DNA of 64,000 nt from the NCBI RefSeq assembly GCF_009914755.1, contig NC_060925.1, one strand, 5' to 3'. The position numbers were made by a program, and so were the translations under genes. This DNA comes from the human T2T-CHM13v2.0 reference genome, Homo sapiens. This document shows, piece after piece, positions 30,181 to 44,848 of the stretch. How positions within the stretch are numbered: position 1 is the stretch's first letter; each line of letters starts with the position of its first letter. Below the pieces are notes generated by a model. The model did not search any database. It was given only the letters and a program-made list of their open reading frames with translations, and was not told the DNA's origin.

Positions 30181-31727
30181 TATCATCTTAACATCCAATA
30201 GGAACAGGTAAAAGAAGGAAGAAGGCTGACAACCCAGTGTACAGAATCATATGTAATAATGAAACTGTTGATTGGTTATAAATCAGCAGAATTAAATCTA
30301 TGTTTATACTGGCCCTTGGGTTCTGTCGTAGAGGCAGAACATGGAGAAATAAAAAACTGGAGTAGAAGATAAATTCATTTGAGTAACTAGACTTTATAGA
30401 TAAACATTTGAGAAACCACCTTTAAAGCTGTTTGTGAGCCATGTTTTACATAATGACAAATGAATGCTTTTGTTTTTTTGTGACAGTCAACTGACCCACT
30501 GGGAATGTGACCTTGTGAATCACCCAGGTGAGCAAGCTTAACATGATTGGATGTAAACCTAGGTCAATAACTAAAGAGATACTCAAATGTGCTACACGTG
30601 TCAATTGTGACATAACAAACTGAAGGCCATTCATTCTCCCTTGAGGGAATGAAGCTGATAGTGCAAGGGACTGCAGATACTACTGCAGAATCAGGGTCCT
30701 GATGCTCACATACTGAAGTGAGTGGACTCCTACTTCAGATGTGTAATAGGATCTACTGTCTCCTAAGGCTGAGTATCCCACAAAGAAATCCCCTCAGCCC
30801 AACATTATTAGTTATTTTAAAGCTTTTGGTCTCATTTTATAATAGATCACATCAGAAATAAGACTAGTCAGGATCAGGTACAAACTCATGATAACTTGAT
30901 AGATATATCATTGAAGACCATCCCAAAGTCTCTGATACTACATAATGCTGGGATACATTATTGAATACTAAATTTTAAAATAAGGGATAACATTGCAGAT
31001 AAACAGACACGCACATGGGAAGCCTCATCAACTGCATGAGCACTCTTAAGGAAAACCTATTGATGAACATACAGAACATTTCACATGCATTGGTCCACAA
31101 GGTACACACTCTGCCCAGCCTGAAAACTGAATATAGGTTGGGACGTTCCTCTTCCTTGGGCTGATGATAAAGCTCCAAGTAAAATGAAAAAGATTCTTTT
31201 CACCTGGTAAATACGCAGGACCCCCCCCCGAAAGATATTGTCACTGCCAAATGTAACTTCAGTCTGAAAAGCATTTGTTTCTAGCAGGATACAACGTCAA
31301 TATACAAAAATCAATTCTATTTTATGTAATTCCAATGCACAATTGAAATGTAAAAAGCAATACCACTTACAATAGTGTCAAATGTATAAAATGCATAGGG
31401 ATAAATCTGACTGCAAATTATAAAATGTTTCACAGAGAACATAATGAATACCTAAAAACTAGAGAGAAATTCTTTGTTCATGGGTCAAGAGACTTAATAT
31501 TGTTGAGGTGTTACTTTTCCCCAATCTGATCTATAAATTCAATGCAATTCCACTCAAAATCTCAGCGAGCATCTTTGGTAGAAAGTGATCAGCTGATTCC
31601 AAAATTAATATGAACTAGCATAATCAAAATGCTACTAAAATGAAGAACAAACTTGGAGGACTAGCTCTACCTGATTTAAAGAACTATTATAAAGTTATAG
31701 TAATCAAAACAGAATGGTGTTGGGATA

Positions 31728-31985
31728 TGATCTCACACCTGTAATCCTAGCACTTTGGGAGGCCGAGGTGGGTGGATTGCCTGAACTCAGGAGTTCGAGA
31801 CCAGCCTGGGCAACATGGTGAAACCTCGTCTCTACTAAAAGCACAAAAACTTAGCCGGGCATGGTGATGCACTCCTGTAATTCCAACTACTTGGGAGGCT
31901 GAGGCACAAGAATCACTTGAACCCAGGAAGTGATCACACCACTTCACTCCAGCCTGAGTGACAGAATGAGGCTCTGTCTCAAAAA

Positions 31986-32017
<32 letters not shown>

Positions 32018-32020
32018 AAA
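31728..32020 (+). mobile_element. Alu (S/J) with a short internal deletion
   Basis: Alu body lacks the 'gaggttgcagtgagc' segment; A-rich tail. Confidence 0.9.
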
Positions 32021-32846
32021 GATTGATAAAATAGGAACAAAATACACAGTCCAAAAATAAACCAATGCATATATGGATAAAAAGATATTTGACAAACATG
32101 AAAAAGAAAAATATTTAAAAATGTATATACTTTCAACAAATGGTAGAGGATTTTCTTTTAACAAATGGGTATGACATCTATATGTGTATAAAAATAAGTA
32201 AAAAATCAGATTCGTGTGTCACTCCATATATAAAAATTAGTGTGTACCAGAGGCTGGGAATGAGAGTGGGGAGAGGGTAGAAGTTGGTTAATGGGTACAA
32301 AAATACAGTTAGGTTGAAGTAGTAAGTTCTAGTATTCAATAGGGTAGCAGGGAGACTACTGTTAACAATAATTTGTTGTATATTTTTAAAAATAGCTATA
32401 ATAATTGGAGTGTGTGTAACACAAAGAAAAGATAAAAGTTTGAGGTGATAGATATCCTAATTACCCTGATTTGGTCATTACACATTATACACATTTATCA
32501 AATTATCACACATACCCCCAAAAGATGTACAACTACTATACATCAATTAAAATATGAATGAAAAGTAGATCATGAACACATTTATGATGATTGAAATCAC
32601 ATCAAGTATTTTTTCTGAGCACAATAGTAAGAAACTAAAAATCTACAGAAGGAAAACTGGAAAATTTCACATATACATGGAAATTAAATAACATGCTTTT
32701 GAACAGCTGATGGGTCAAAGAACAAATCAAAAGGGAAATTTAAAATATCTTGAGACAAACAAGAATGAAAACAAACATAATGGAACCTCCGGAAACAGCA
32801 AAAGCAGCTCTAAGAGGCAAGTTTGTAATGATAAATGCCTATATTG

Positions 32847-33125
32847 GCTGGGCACAGTGGCTCATGCATGTAATCCCAGCACTTTGGGAGGCCAAGGTAG
32901 GCACATCACTTGAGGTCAGGAGTTCAAGACCACCCTCACCAACATGGTGAAACCCCATCTCTACCAAAATGTACAAAAATTAGCCCAGCATGGTGGCACG
33001 CACGTGTAATCCCAGCTACTCAGGGAGGCTGAGGCAGGAGAATTGCTTGAACCAAGGAGGTAGAAGTTGCAGTGAGCCAAGATTGTGCCACTGCACTCCA
33101 GCCTGTGCAATGGAGTGAGACCCTG
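32847..33125 (+). mobile_element. AluS
   Basis: Full Alu body followed by a polypurine tail. Confidence 0.92.
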
Positions 33126-33296
33126 GGAAGGAAGGAAAGGAAGGAAGGAAGGAAGGGAGGGAGGGAGGGAGGGAGAGAGGGAGGGAGGGGAGGGGAGGAG
33201 AGGGAGGGCAGGGGAGGGGAGGGGAGGGGAGGGAGAGAAAGAGAAAGGGAGAAAAAAGAAAGAAAGAAAGAGAAAAAGGAAGGAAGGAAGGAAGAG
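33126..33296. repeat. Polypurine compound microsatellite (GGAA)n(GGGA)n(GGGGA)n(GAAA)n
   Basis: Directly visible purine-only tract. Confidence 0.95.
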
Positions 33297-35382
33297 ACCC
33301 ACATTAAGAAAGAAGGTCTCTAATAAGTAACCTAACATTATACCTCAAATAACTAGGAAAAGAATGAAATAAAGTTATCAAAAGGAAGGAAATAATAAAA
33401 ATCAAAGCAGGAGCAACTCAACCAAAGAATAGAAAAACTAGAAAAATTGACAAAACTGAGTTAATTTTTTGAAAAAATAAACAAAATTGACAAACTTTTA
33501 ACTAGACTAAGAAAAAAAGAGAAGAGTGAAATAAATAGCATCAGAAATGAAGTGGAGGTATTTCAGCAGATGTGTCAGAAATAAAAAGTATCATAAGGAA
33601 CTATTATGAGCAACTATATAGCAACAAATTGGATAACCTAGAGAAAATAGATAAATTCCTAGACACATACAACCTACCCAGATTCAATCAAAAAATAATA
33701 GAAAGCCTGAACAGACCAATAACAAATAAAAAGATTGAAGCAGTAACTATAAACCTCCCAAAAAAAACAAAAGCCAGGACCAGGACTCAGGACCAAATGG
33801 CTTCACAGTTGAACTCTACTAAAAATTAAAAAAAGAATTAATGCATTTCTTCTTAAGCTCTTCTCAAAGATAGAAGTAGAGAGAATACTTCCAAAATCAT
33901 TTTATGAGGCCAGCATTACTCTGATACCAAAGCCAAAGACACCAGAAGAAAATAAAACTACAGGCTAATATCTCTGATGAACATAGATGCAAAATTCCTC
34001 AGTAAAATACTACCAACCCAAATTCAACAACACATCAAAAAGGATATATGTCTTAACCAAGTGGAGTTTATCCCTGGGCTGTAAGTTTGGTGTAGTATAT
34101 GCAAATCAATGTGATACAGAATGAAAGATGAAAACCACATGATCACCTCAGTAGCTCCAGAGAAAGCAGATGACAAACCTCAACATCCTTTCATGAGAAA
34201 AACTCTCAACAAATAAGGCATAGATGAAAATTTCTTCAACATCATAAAGGCCACTTATGAGAAGCCCACAGTTAACATGATACTCAATCAAGAAAAACTG
34301 AAAGCTTTTCCTGTAAGATCCAGTCCAAGTCAAGGATTCCCACTCTCACCACTTCCATTCAACATGGTACTGGAAGTACTAGCAAAAGCAACCAGGAAAG
34401 AAAAAGAAATTAAAAGATTCAAATTGGAAAGGAAGAAATGAAATTATCACTGTTTGCAGATAATATGATCCTATATGTAGAAACCTCTAAAGACTCTGCA
34501 AGAAAACCCTGTTAGAACTAATAAATGAATTCAGTAAAGTTGTAGGATATAAAATCAACTAATAAAAATCAGTTGCATTTCTGTACACCAATAATGACCT
34601 ATTCAATAAAAAATTTTAAATCCTATTTATGATAATATTAAAAAGAATAAAATCAGCAATAAGTTTAACCAAGGAGGCAAAGATCTATACACTGAAAATT
34701 ATAAAATGTTGTTAAAAGAAATTGAAGGTACAAATAAATGGAAAGGAATCCCATGTTTATGGTATGGAAGAATAAATATTGTTAAAATGTTCATACTGCC
34801 CTAAAGTGATCTACAAATTCAAGGCAATCCCTATCAAAATTCCAATAGCATTTTTCACAGAAATAGAAAAAAAACTCTAAATTTGTATGGATCTGCCAAA
34901 AAACCAGAATAGACACAGCAGTCCTGAGGAAGAAAAGCAGAGTTGAAGGGATCATACTAGCTAGTTTCAAATTATATTACAAAGTTATAGTAATCAAAAC
35001 TGTATGGGACTGGCATTAAAATAGACACATAGACCAGGAACAGAATAGATAGCCCAGAAATAAACCCAAGTACATACAGTCAACTACTTTTTGACCATGC
35101 CCCCAATAACATACAATGAGGAAAGGATAGTCTCTTCAATAAATGGTGTTGGGAAAACTGGATATCCACATGCAAAAGAATGAAATTGGACTCATATACA
35201 AAATACACAAAAATCAACTCAAAATGGATTAAATACTTATGTGTAAGACAAAATCATAAAACTCCAAGAAGAAAACAAAGGGGAAAGGCTCCTTGACATT
35301 GGTCTTGGCAATGACTTTTGTGGGGTGGGGGTTGGGGGTGCAGGGGGATAGGACACCAAAAGCAATAACAAACAAATGGGAC

Positions 35383-35693
<311 letters not shown>

Positions 35694-36274
35694 TCAAACC
35701 AAATAGCTTCTGCACAGCAAAGGCAACAATCAACAACATGAAAAGGCAGCCTATGGATTTGGAGAAAATATTTGCAAGCCATATATCTGTTAAGGAGTTT
35801 CTATCCAAAATATAAGGAACTCATAGAACTCAATCACCAAATAAATAAAAAATAGACAAAGGACCTGAATAGATATTTCTCCAAAGAGAGCAAACAGATG
35901 GCCAGCACATATATGAAAAGTTGCTCAATATCACTAATCATCAGGGAAATGCCAGTCAAAATCACAGTGAGATATCACCTCACACTTGTTAGGTTGGCAA
36001 TTGTATAAAAGACAAAGAGAAGTGTTGGCAAGGGTGTGTAGAAAAGGAAACACTTGTACACTGGTGGAAATGTAAACTGGTACATTCCTTATGGAGAAGA
36101 GCATGGAGTTTTCTCAAAAAGTTAAAAATATGACCCAGCAATCCCTCTTCTGAGTATATATCCAAAAGAAATGAGATCAGCACCTACTAGAGATACCTGC
36201 ACTCTCATGTCCATTGCAGCATTACTTACAATAGCCAAGATATGGAAACAACTTAAATGTCCATCACAAATGGT

Positions 36275-37760
36275 GTTTTTACTTACATGTAAGAATGTGC
36301 AGTATTTGGTTTTCTGTTTCTGCATTAATTCGCCTAGGAGCATGGTATGTTTTTCTATATGTTTGTCTTGTCTCTGATTTCCTTCCACAGTGTTTTGGAA
36401 TCCTTGTTGTAGAGATCTTTCACTTCCCTGGTTAGCTGTATTCCTAGGCATTTTATTCTCTTTGTGGCTATTGTGAATGGGGTTGCATCCCTGATTTGGC
36501 TCTCAGCTTGGATGTTACTGATGTATACAAATGCTACTACTTTTGTACATTGATTTTATATCCTGAAACTTTACTGAAGTTGCTTAGCAGTTCTAGCCTT
36601 TGGGGAAAGACATTCAGTCAGCTACATTTGACCATGCTCCCAATAACACACAATGAAGAAAGGATAGTCTTGGGCAAAAAAAATGGAGTGTTCTAGATAT
36701 AGAATTAAATCATCAGCAAAGAGACATAGTTTGACTTCCTCTGTTTGTATTTCAATGCCTTTTATTTCTTTCATTTGCCTGATTGCTCTGGCTAGGACTT
36801 CCAGTACCATGTTGCATAGGAATGGTAAGAGTGGGCATTCTTGTAGAAGTTAGAAAGAGCTCAAATGAACAATCTATGAATCAACAACTCTGTGCTGAAA
36901 TAAAAAAAGAAAAAAATTAACAACCTAACATTAGACCAAGGGGAACTAGAAAAAGAAGAGCAAACCAACCCCAAAGCTAGCAGAAGAAAAGAAAACCAAA
37001 ATCAGAGCTGAACTGAATAAAATTGAGATGTGAAAATGCATACAACAGCTCAACAAATCCAGAAAAAAAAAAAAACTGGAAGAAATGGGTGAATTCCTGG
37101 AAACGTACATTCTCCCAAGATTGAACCAGAAAAAAGCTGAAATCCTGGAACAGACCATAAGGAGTTCTAAATTGAATTGGTAATAAAAAACCAACCAACC
37201 AGAAAAAGGCCCAGAACAGGTGGATTCATTGCTGAATTCTTATATAATAAAGAGCTGGTAACAATTCTACTGAAATTATTCCAAACAACTGAGGAGGAAG
37301 GACTCTACCCTAACTCCTATCAGGAGGCCAGCCTCATTCTGATACCAAAACCTGGCAGAGACACACAACATTAAAAAAAAACTTCAAGCCAATATGCCTG
37401 ATGAACATAGAGACACAAAACTCCTCAACAAAATACTAGCAAATCCAACCCAGCAGCACACCAAAAGCCAATGCACCATGAAGAAGTAGGCTTCATTCCT
37501 GGGATGCAAGGTTGGTTCAACATATGTTATGTGATTCATCACGTAAATTGAACTAAAACTGAAAACAACATGATTATCTCAATAGATGCAGAAAAGGCTT
37601 TTGATAAAATTCAACATCCCTTCATGTTAAAACTCCCAACAAACTAGACACCAAAGGAACATACCTCAAAATAATAAGTGCTATCTATGACAAACCCACA
37701 GCCAACATCATACGGAATGGGCAAAAGCTGGAAGCATTTCCCCTAAGAACTGGTAAAAGA
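36275..37760. mobile_element. Rearranged older L1P: - strand 36275-36843, + strand 36844-37760
   Basis: ORF 36622-36810 (-) carries LFADD. The + part encodes an upstream ORF2 region ending at 'aagctggaagcatttcccctaagaactgg', adjacent in L1 coordinates to where the - part stops. Confidence 0.75.
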
Positions 37761-38580
37761 ACAAAACAATAAATTACGCTTCAATAATACTTTTAAAAAA
37801 TTGCTCTTCAAAGACATTGGTAAGAGAATGAAAAGACAAGCCACACTTAGGTAGAAAATATTTGGAAATTATGTATCCGATAGAGGACCTCTGTCTGCAA
37901 CACTAAGGGAACTCTCAAAATTTATTAATAAACAGGCAATCAAATTTTCAAATGAATAAAAGATTTGTAGAGATATTCCACAAGGAAGATATATGGAAGG
38001 CACATAACAATATGACAAGATATTCAATATCATTAGTCACTAGGAAAATGCAAATTTAAACCACTGTATACCAAGTAAAATGACTGAAGTTAAAAGAATC
38101 ACCGTTCCACATATTGGCAAAGATATATGGAAACAAAAACACTCATACACTGTTGATGGGAATGTGAAATTTTACAAGCATGTTATAAAACAGTTTGGCA
38201 GCTTCTTAAAATAGTAAACCTGTACGTATCATATGATACTGCTATTTCACTCAAATGAAAGGAAAGGATATGTCCATACAAATTCGTTGATAAAAGCTTT
38301 AGTTTTAAAACCAGAGCCATCCAAATCTATGAACAGGTGAATAAATAAAATAAACTGTGATATAACCATCACATGGAATATTAGCAATATAGCAGAGTGA
38401 TCTATTAATACACATGACAACAAAGCTACATCTCAAAATAATTATTCTGAATTAAAAAATGAAACCAAAATAATGTACATAGTATATAATTCTATTTATA
38501 GAAAACTTGAGAAAATTTAAATTAATCTATTATGACAGAAAGCCAACCAGTGGTTGTCTGAGGTGTGGGGAGAAAGGTGA

Positions 38581-38948
<368 letters not shown>

Positions 38949-41714
38949 TAATCCTGATTGCAGATGTGTACTATGCTCAAACTTTTTAAATTATACACTT
39001 TAATTATGTGCAGTTTTTTGCATGTAAGTTATATATCAATATAATTGCTAAAAGTTTAAAACATTATTTTAAAACTGCCATAGCTTGATTTAATACATCT
39101 TTTTATATTTTAAAAAACTGATAAAATTCTGTATATTATCAGGACAAAAGAGAAAAAGCATATGATTACCCTGACATACACAGAAAAAGCGTTTGGCAAA
39201 TTGAAAACTTTTTTCATCATTAACAAAAACAAACTCTCAACTTGATAAGAACAGAAGGCAACACTTCCAACCCTGCAAGGGCAGATTTGAAAAACCCACA
39301 GGTAACATTAATAAGATTGAATGCTTTCTATTAAATAGCGAAAAAGGTAGAATATCTGCTGTTACTCTTTCAATCCAGCATTAAACTAGAGATGTTATCC
39401 GATGCAATAAAGTAAGAACATAAATAAACAGAAACATTGAAAAGATTGAAAAGAAAGAATTGAAGCTGTCTAGAATTGAAGCTGTCTTTATTCACGGATC
39501 ATGATTATGTATGTAAACAATTCCAGAAATCTACAAAAATATACCAAAACTATTAAGCGAGTTTGGCAATGTTGCAGAATATAAGTTCAATATAAATAGT
39601 CTGTTGTATTTCTGTATATTAGCAATGAGTGTTTGGAAAATAAAATAAAAATACAATTTCATTTAAAGTAACATCTAAATACGTGATGTGCTTAGAAATA
39701 AATTCAAGAAAATTTATGTAAGGCCAGTACACTGAAAACTACAAAACATTGCTTTGAGAAATTAGATATATATATAAACAAACTAAATTGGTGGGGAGAT
39801 AAACCTTGTCACGGATCAGAAGAGCTGTTATAGTTAAAAAGTCAGTTCTTCCCAAATTGATCTCCAGATGCAATGCAATTCTAACAAAAAATTCCAACAG
39901 GCAATTTGGTAGAAATTTACAAGCTGATTTATATGAAAATGTCAGTGATCAAGAATAATAAGAGAGCAATATTATAAAAGAACAATGGTGAATGAATTCA
40001 CTACCTATTTCCAGATTTACTATACAGCTATGGAAATCAAGACCATGTGTATTGTTGAAAAAAATAGAACATATATCAATGGAAGAGAAAAGAGAACTCA
40101 GAAATAGACCCTTACATATATGTCTAATAAATTATTCTTAGACGTGAATATAGTTATATGTATATATACATAATCACCTGTTTGATGATTTCTATCTTTA
40201 TCTCCAAAACAGGGAACATTAAGAGAACATAAAAAGAAGCCACAATATAGGAGAAATTATATTTATCTCCAACAAAAGATTTTTTAATGGTATATATATA
40301 ATGCAGTCTGATAAGATAAACAGCACAATGAAACAATTTCTCAAAAGACTTGAATAGATACTTCAGAAAAGAAGATATATGAAGGGTCAATTTGCAAATG
40401 AAATGATGCTCAACTCTTTAGTCATCAGGGAGATCAATCAATACAATGCTGAGATACCATTACATGTCCATGAGAATGGCTAAAATTAAAAAGACTGAAA
40501 ATACCACATGTTGGTGAGGATATAAAGTACTTGGAAGTCCTATACTTGTGGAAATGAAAAATGGTACAACTCCTTTGAAAATCTGGCTAACAGTTTCTTA
40601 TAAGACTAAACATGTACAGATCAAATGGACAGTCCTTGCACTCCTAGGAATTTACACTCTATGTCCACACAATGATCTGTATGTGGATGCTCATGATACT
40701 TTATGCATTATAGCCCAAACCTAGAATGACACAAATGTCCAATAACAAGTGAATGTATAAACAAACATGGTGTAGCCACACAAAGGAATACTACTCAGCA
40801 ATTACAAGGCATTAACTGTTGACGAAAATGCTCACATGGATGGATTTTCAAATTAATATGATGCATGAAAGAAGGCAGATGCAAAAGAACACAGGTATAA
40901 TTTCATTTATAGAAAATGGTGAAAAAGGCACTGCCAGAAAGTGACAGTGGCTCCTTGAACCTGAGGGTTGAAATACTGATTAACTGCAAAGGGTTACAAG
41001 AAATTTTGGGCTTATGGAAATTCCTATATCTTGATTATGGCAGTAGTTCCATTAGTGTATACATTTGTGAACATGCATTGGATTACATAGTTTAAAGTGG
41101 TGCAGTCTATTGTACTTAATAAATACCTTTATAAAGTTTATTTAATCATCTTAATTTCTCCATACTAGCAATTAGCTGCTAGAAAATGAAATTCAATAAA
41201 ACATAATAGAGATTAATATCCAAAATCATTACATATTTAAGAATACATATAATGAAGCAGGTACAAAGCCCCTGAAAGCTATTGGTGAGAGAAATTAAAG
41301 AAGACTAAATAGAGAAATATATATTACATTCATGGATTGGAAGATTCAATTTTGTTAAGATATTACATCAACATAATTCTGACTAATGTTTCCAGTAGGA
41401 ATTTTTAGAGAAATGTAAAAGCTAATTTCAAAATGTATTTGAAAATCAAAAAAGCTAGAACAGGCAAGTTGGTCTTGAAGAAGCAGTAAGTTGTAGGAGT
41501 TATTCTGCTGGATTTCAAAACTCATTTAGAGCTACAATAATTTAAAAACTATAGTACTAGTGTAAGTATATAGAAGTATATCAAGATAAAAAGAATACAG
41601 ACTCAAACATTATGCTCACATATATACAGTTATTTAAAGCTTTTAAAAACAAACACGCCAGTGCCTCTCATTGGGGAAATGAAAGACTTTTCAATAAAAA
41701 GTTCTTGAGTGAAA

Positions 41715-41929
41715 GAAGTTTAAGACCAGCCTGAGCAACACAGCAAGACCTTGTCTCTACAAAAAATTTAAAAAAAAAAATAGCCAGAAATGGTGATGTG
41801 TGCCTAGAGTTCGAACTACTTGGAAAGCTGAGGCAGGAGGATCACTTGTGCCCAGGATTTGGGTATGCAGTGAGCACTCCAGCCTAGATGACAGAACGAG
41901 AACCTGTCTCAAAAAAAAAAAAAAAAAAA
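41715..41929 (+). mobile_element. Partial AluJ
   Basis: 'agtttaagaccagcctgagcaacacagcaagacc...aggagggatcacttg...' with poly-A. Confidence 0.85.
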
Positions 41930-43470
41930 GCATCTCACACTCATAGTAAGTGGCCAGAACATAATGCTGACTGCATGTTGTGAGGAAATGTATTAAATGA
42001 AACAAATTGAATTCAAGAAGGTTTTTTGTTTGTTTGTTTGTTTTGTTTTTTAATGTGTGTTTGTTTGTTTGTTTTGCAGAAATGAGGTACAGGGGAGAGA
42101 AACACCTACTTGGAAAGCACCGAAACAACTGAATTGGAAAATGTGGAAAGGGGATTGGGGGAGGGGACTCTTTCTGAGATCTGGCTCCAGTACTAACAGC
42201 AAAGGGAACTTGGGCAAATTACAGACTCTCTGTGCCTTGGTTTTGTCATCAGCAAAACAGAATCATCCCATAAACTGTAAGGTCCGTGGTATCAGAGGGT
42301 CCCCAGTCTGACTGCACATCTAAGTCGTTAACAAACACATTCCAGGCCCCAACTGAGCGCACTGAATCAGAATCCCTGCAAGGAGGACAATGATCTTGTA
42401 TTTGCACTGACCTTCCAGATGTTTCTTACTCTGATCAACTTGGGGGTAGGAACCATTGAGCTGCATCACATCATTCCAAAGCCCAAACACAGAAGCAGAA
42501 CAAGAATATATTCAATGCATTCTCTAAAGTGGAGAAAACTGTTGAGGGAACCTAGAAGTGAAGGAAACCTGGCTTGCTGGGCTCCATCTTAACTTTATCC
42601 TGAGTACGGCAGAGACAGGAGCACTTTGGGACACATGCCTGAGGTAGTGACAGTCCAACATTGAAACAGTGGAAGCCCTAGTTTCAAATTCAAACTTGCT
42701 TTGAGTAGAAATTAAGTTTACATCTTTTTGCATAGCAACAGGGCCAGTTTTCTCCAAGCTGCTCAATTTACAAGAAAAGAAATCATACGGCTAAGAATTC
42801 AAACTTCAGCAGACATGGGTAAACAAGGAACTCTTACAAATCTATTCTAGCAACCTAACAAGAAACCAGAAATTTAGCAAGTTCTTTCCCGCTCAGGACA
42901 ATTGTGTTCACTAGATCAGAGGCACTGAGACATGAAGAAAAGACCCGCTAAAAAGGGAAAGCCTTCCTTCCTGCCCTAGGACATCCCTGCCAACTTCAGG
43001 GAGGTGGGAACCCAGCTGCGCTCTCTACAGTATGGGTTACTTTTGTGTCTGGAAGGTGTCTGACATCCTGAGACCTGGACCCATTTCAAGGAGCTTTGGG
43101 AAGAGCCCAGATCACTGATGGAATTGGACAGTGCGTGGAAATGGTTCAGCAGGACGAGGGTAAGTGCAGGATCACGGCCAGGTCATTCTGAGAGACAATG
43201 AGTGGCACTGATGGGGTCAGACAAAGATTAAAAACAAAAGTTTGTGCTTCGACTTCAGAAACTCAAATCAATAACTAATTTGCTCTTATAAGTAATAAGC
43301 ATTTTTCTATCTACATGAGAATTTAATCTCAAAACAGAAATCAGAAAAAATATCAAGTCCAGGGCATAAAACCTAAACCAGTGCTTAGATTATTCATTTT
43401 AAATAGAGCTAAGAGTAAAATCTTCTCCATAAAATATATATTGTATCTATACATAAAATATATGTTGTAT

Positions 43471-44540
43471 CTGAGTTCAGCGTGTGATGAGTGTGACCAT
43501 AGACTACCCAGCATTCATGTGGAAGTGAAGGAAGAGGACTGGATCAATCCCAGCGGAAAGCATGCCTCTCAGCAGCCCACACCATCCTCCACCTACACTG
43601 TGTAATGACAGTGCTTTGAGATGTAGCAAAGGCTGTAAATTTATCTATTCTCTGGTGTCTCAGAGACCTGACATTCTGTGTCAGAAAGAAAAGTTATAAA
43701 AAGGCAAAAGTCTTAATGAGAATCATTGGTACTCAATAGAATAGTGAATTAAATACAGCCAGGGGAAGACCCAAGTCTCATATTTCTCTTGTATATTCCA
43801 AAGTTCCAGTGAAATTCCAGGTAATAGAGGTTATTTCCCACACTGTTAAAGCAAGGTTGCAGACACTTCTGAATTTCGGTCCCAATGCTGAAGGAGGGCA
43901 CACCTCTGTCCTGGAAAATGACACAGGAATGAATGCTATTCCCATGACTCATTCTGGTCATTCTTCCAGCATCACAGAAACCAAAAAATAGAAATATAGC
44001 CAAATACATGATTTGCTATCCCTCTTCTTCAGGTTTCTTACCTGTTTCTTATGGATAATAACATTGCCTTAAGGATTATGATGAAAATATGATATCCAAG
44101 TATGTGTACAGTTTTGAACAAAATGCCTAGTATGAATTGGTCAATAAATAATTATTTTTATTTATTGAATTACATGGATTCTATAAATAATTACTGAATA
44201 ATTATTGTGATTCCTTTTATTGGCAGTGCTCAAAATGCATCCCTGTGTGACCTCAAGTAAACCAGTAACTTTGTGAACCTGCAGTTTTATCATTTTTAAA
44301 GTGAAGAAACTAGACAGATTTTCATTCTGACACAGAATGTCAGGTCTTTGAGACACCAGAGAATAGATAAATTTATAGCCTTTGCTACATCTCAAAGCAC
44401 TGTCGCTACACAGTGTAGGTGGAGGATGGTGCGGGCTGCTGAGATGTGCGCTTTCCACTGGGATTGATCCAGTCCTCCTCCTTCACTTCCACATGAATGC
44501 TGCGTAGCCCGTGGTCACACTCATCACACCCTCAACTCAG
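43471..44540. repeat. Inverted repeat with 222-bp arms (43471-43692 and 44319-44540)
   Basis: Manual ungapped alignment gives ~18 mismatches (~92% identity); spacer ~626 bp. Confidence 0.93.
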
Positions 44541-44801
44541 GCAAGTCCAGCAGCCACACTTAGGAGACCTGGGCTACAGGACAATCTCCCAAGTCCTAGC
44601 CTCACAAGACCTAGTTGAAGATGGAAGCTGAGAAAGTGAGGAGGTGGTTTGGGGGAGCACACTCCCCTACTCATCCCTCTCATCTCAAACTCACCTTCTA
44701 CTGCACAGGAACACTGAGGATCACCAACCACCCGTGACCATGAGCTTGATCTTGCCAGGTTCGGTTAGTGGAATGCAACCACACATCAACAGTGTTAGAA
44801 C

Positions 44802-44804
<3 letters not shown>

Positions 44805-44845
<41 letters not shown>
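44805..44845. repeat. (TA)n microsatellite
   Basis: About 20 perfect TA units. Confidence 0.97.

Positions 44846-44848
<3 letters not shown>

Noticed and set aside
32961-33338. Low-complexity ORFs (also 9397-9810, 10567-10910, 15800-16224, 48258-48605, 51145-51504)
   Set aside because: Translations of Alu and microsatellite sequence.
42170-42465. Possible MIR and MER5-like fragments (also a MIR at ~46850-46940)
   Set aside because: Too degenerate to give reliable boundaries or family by eye.
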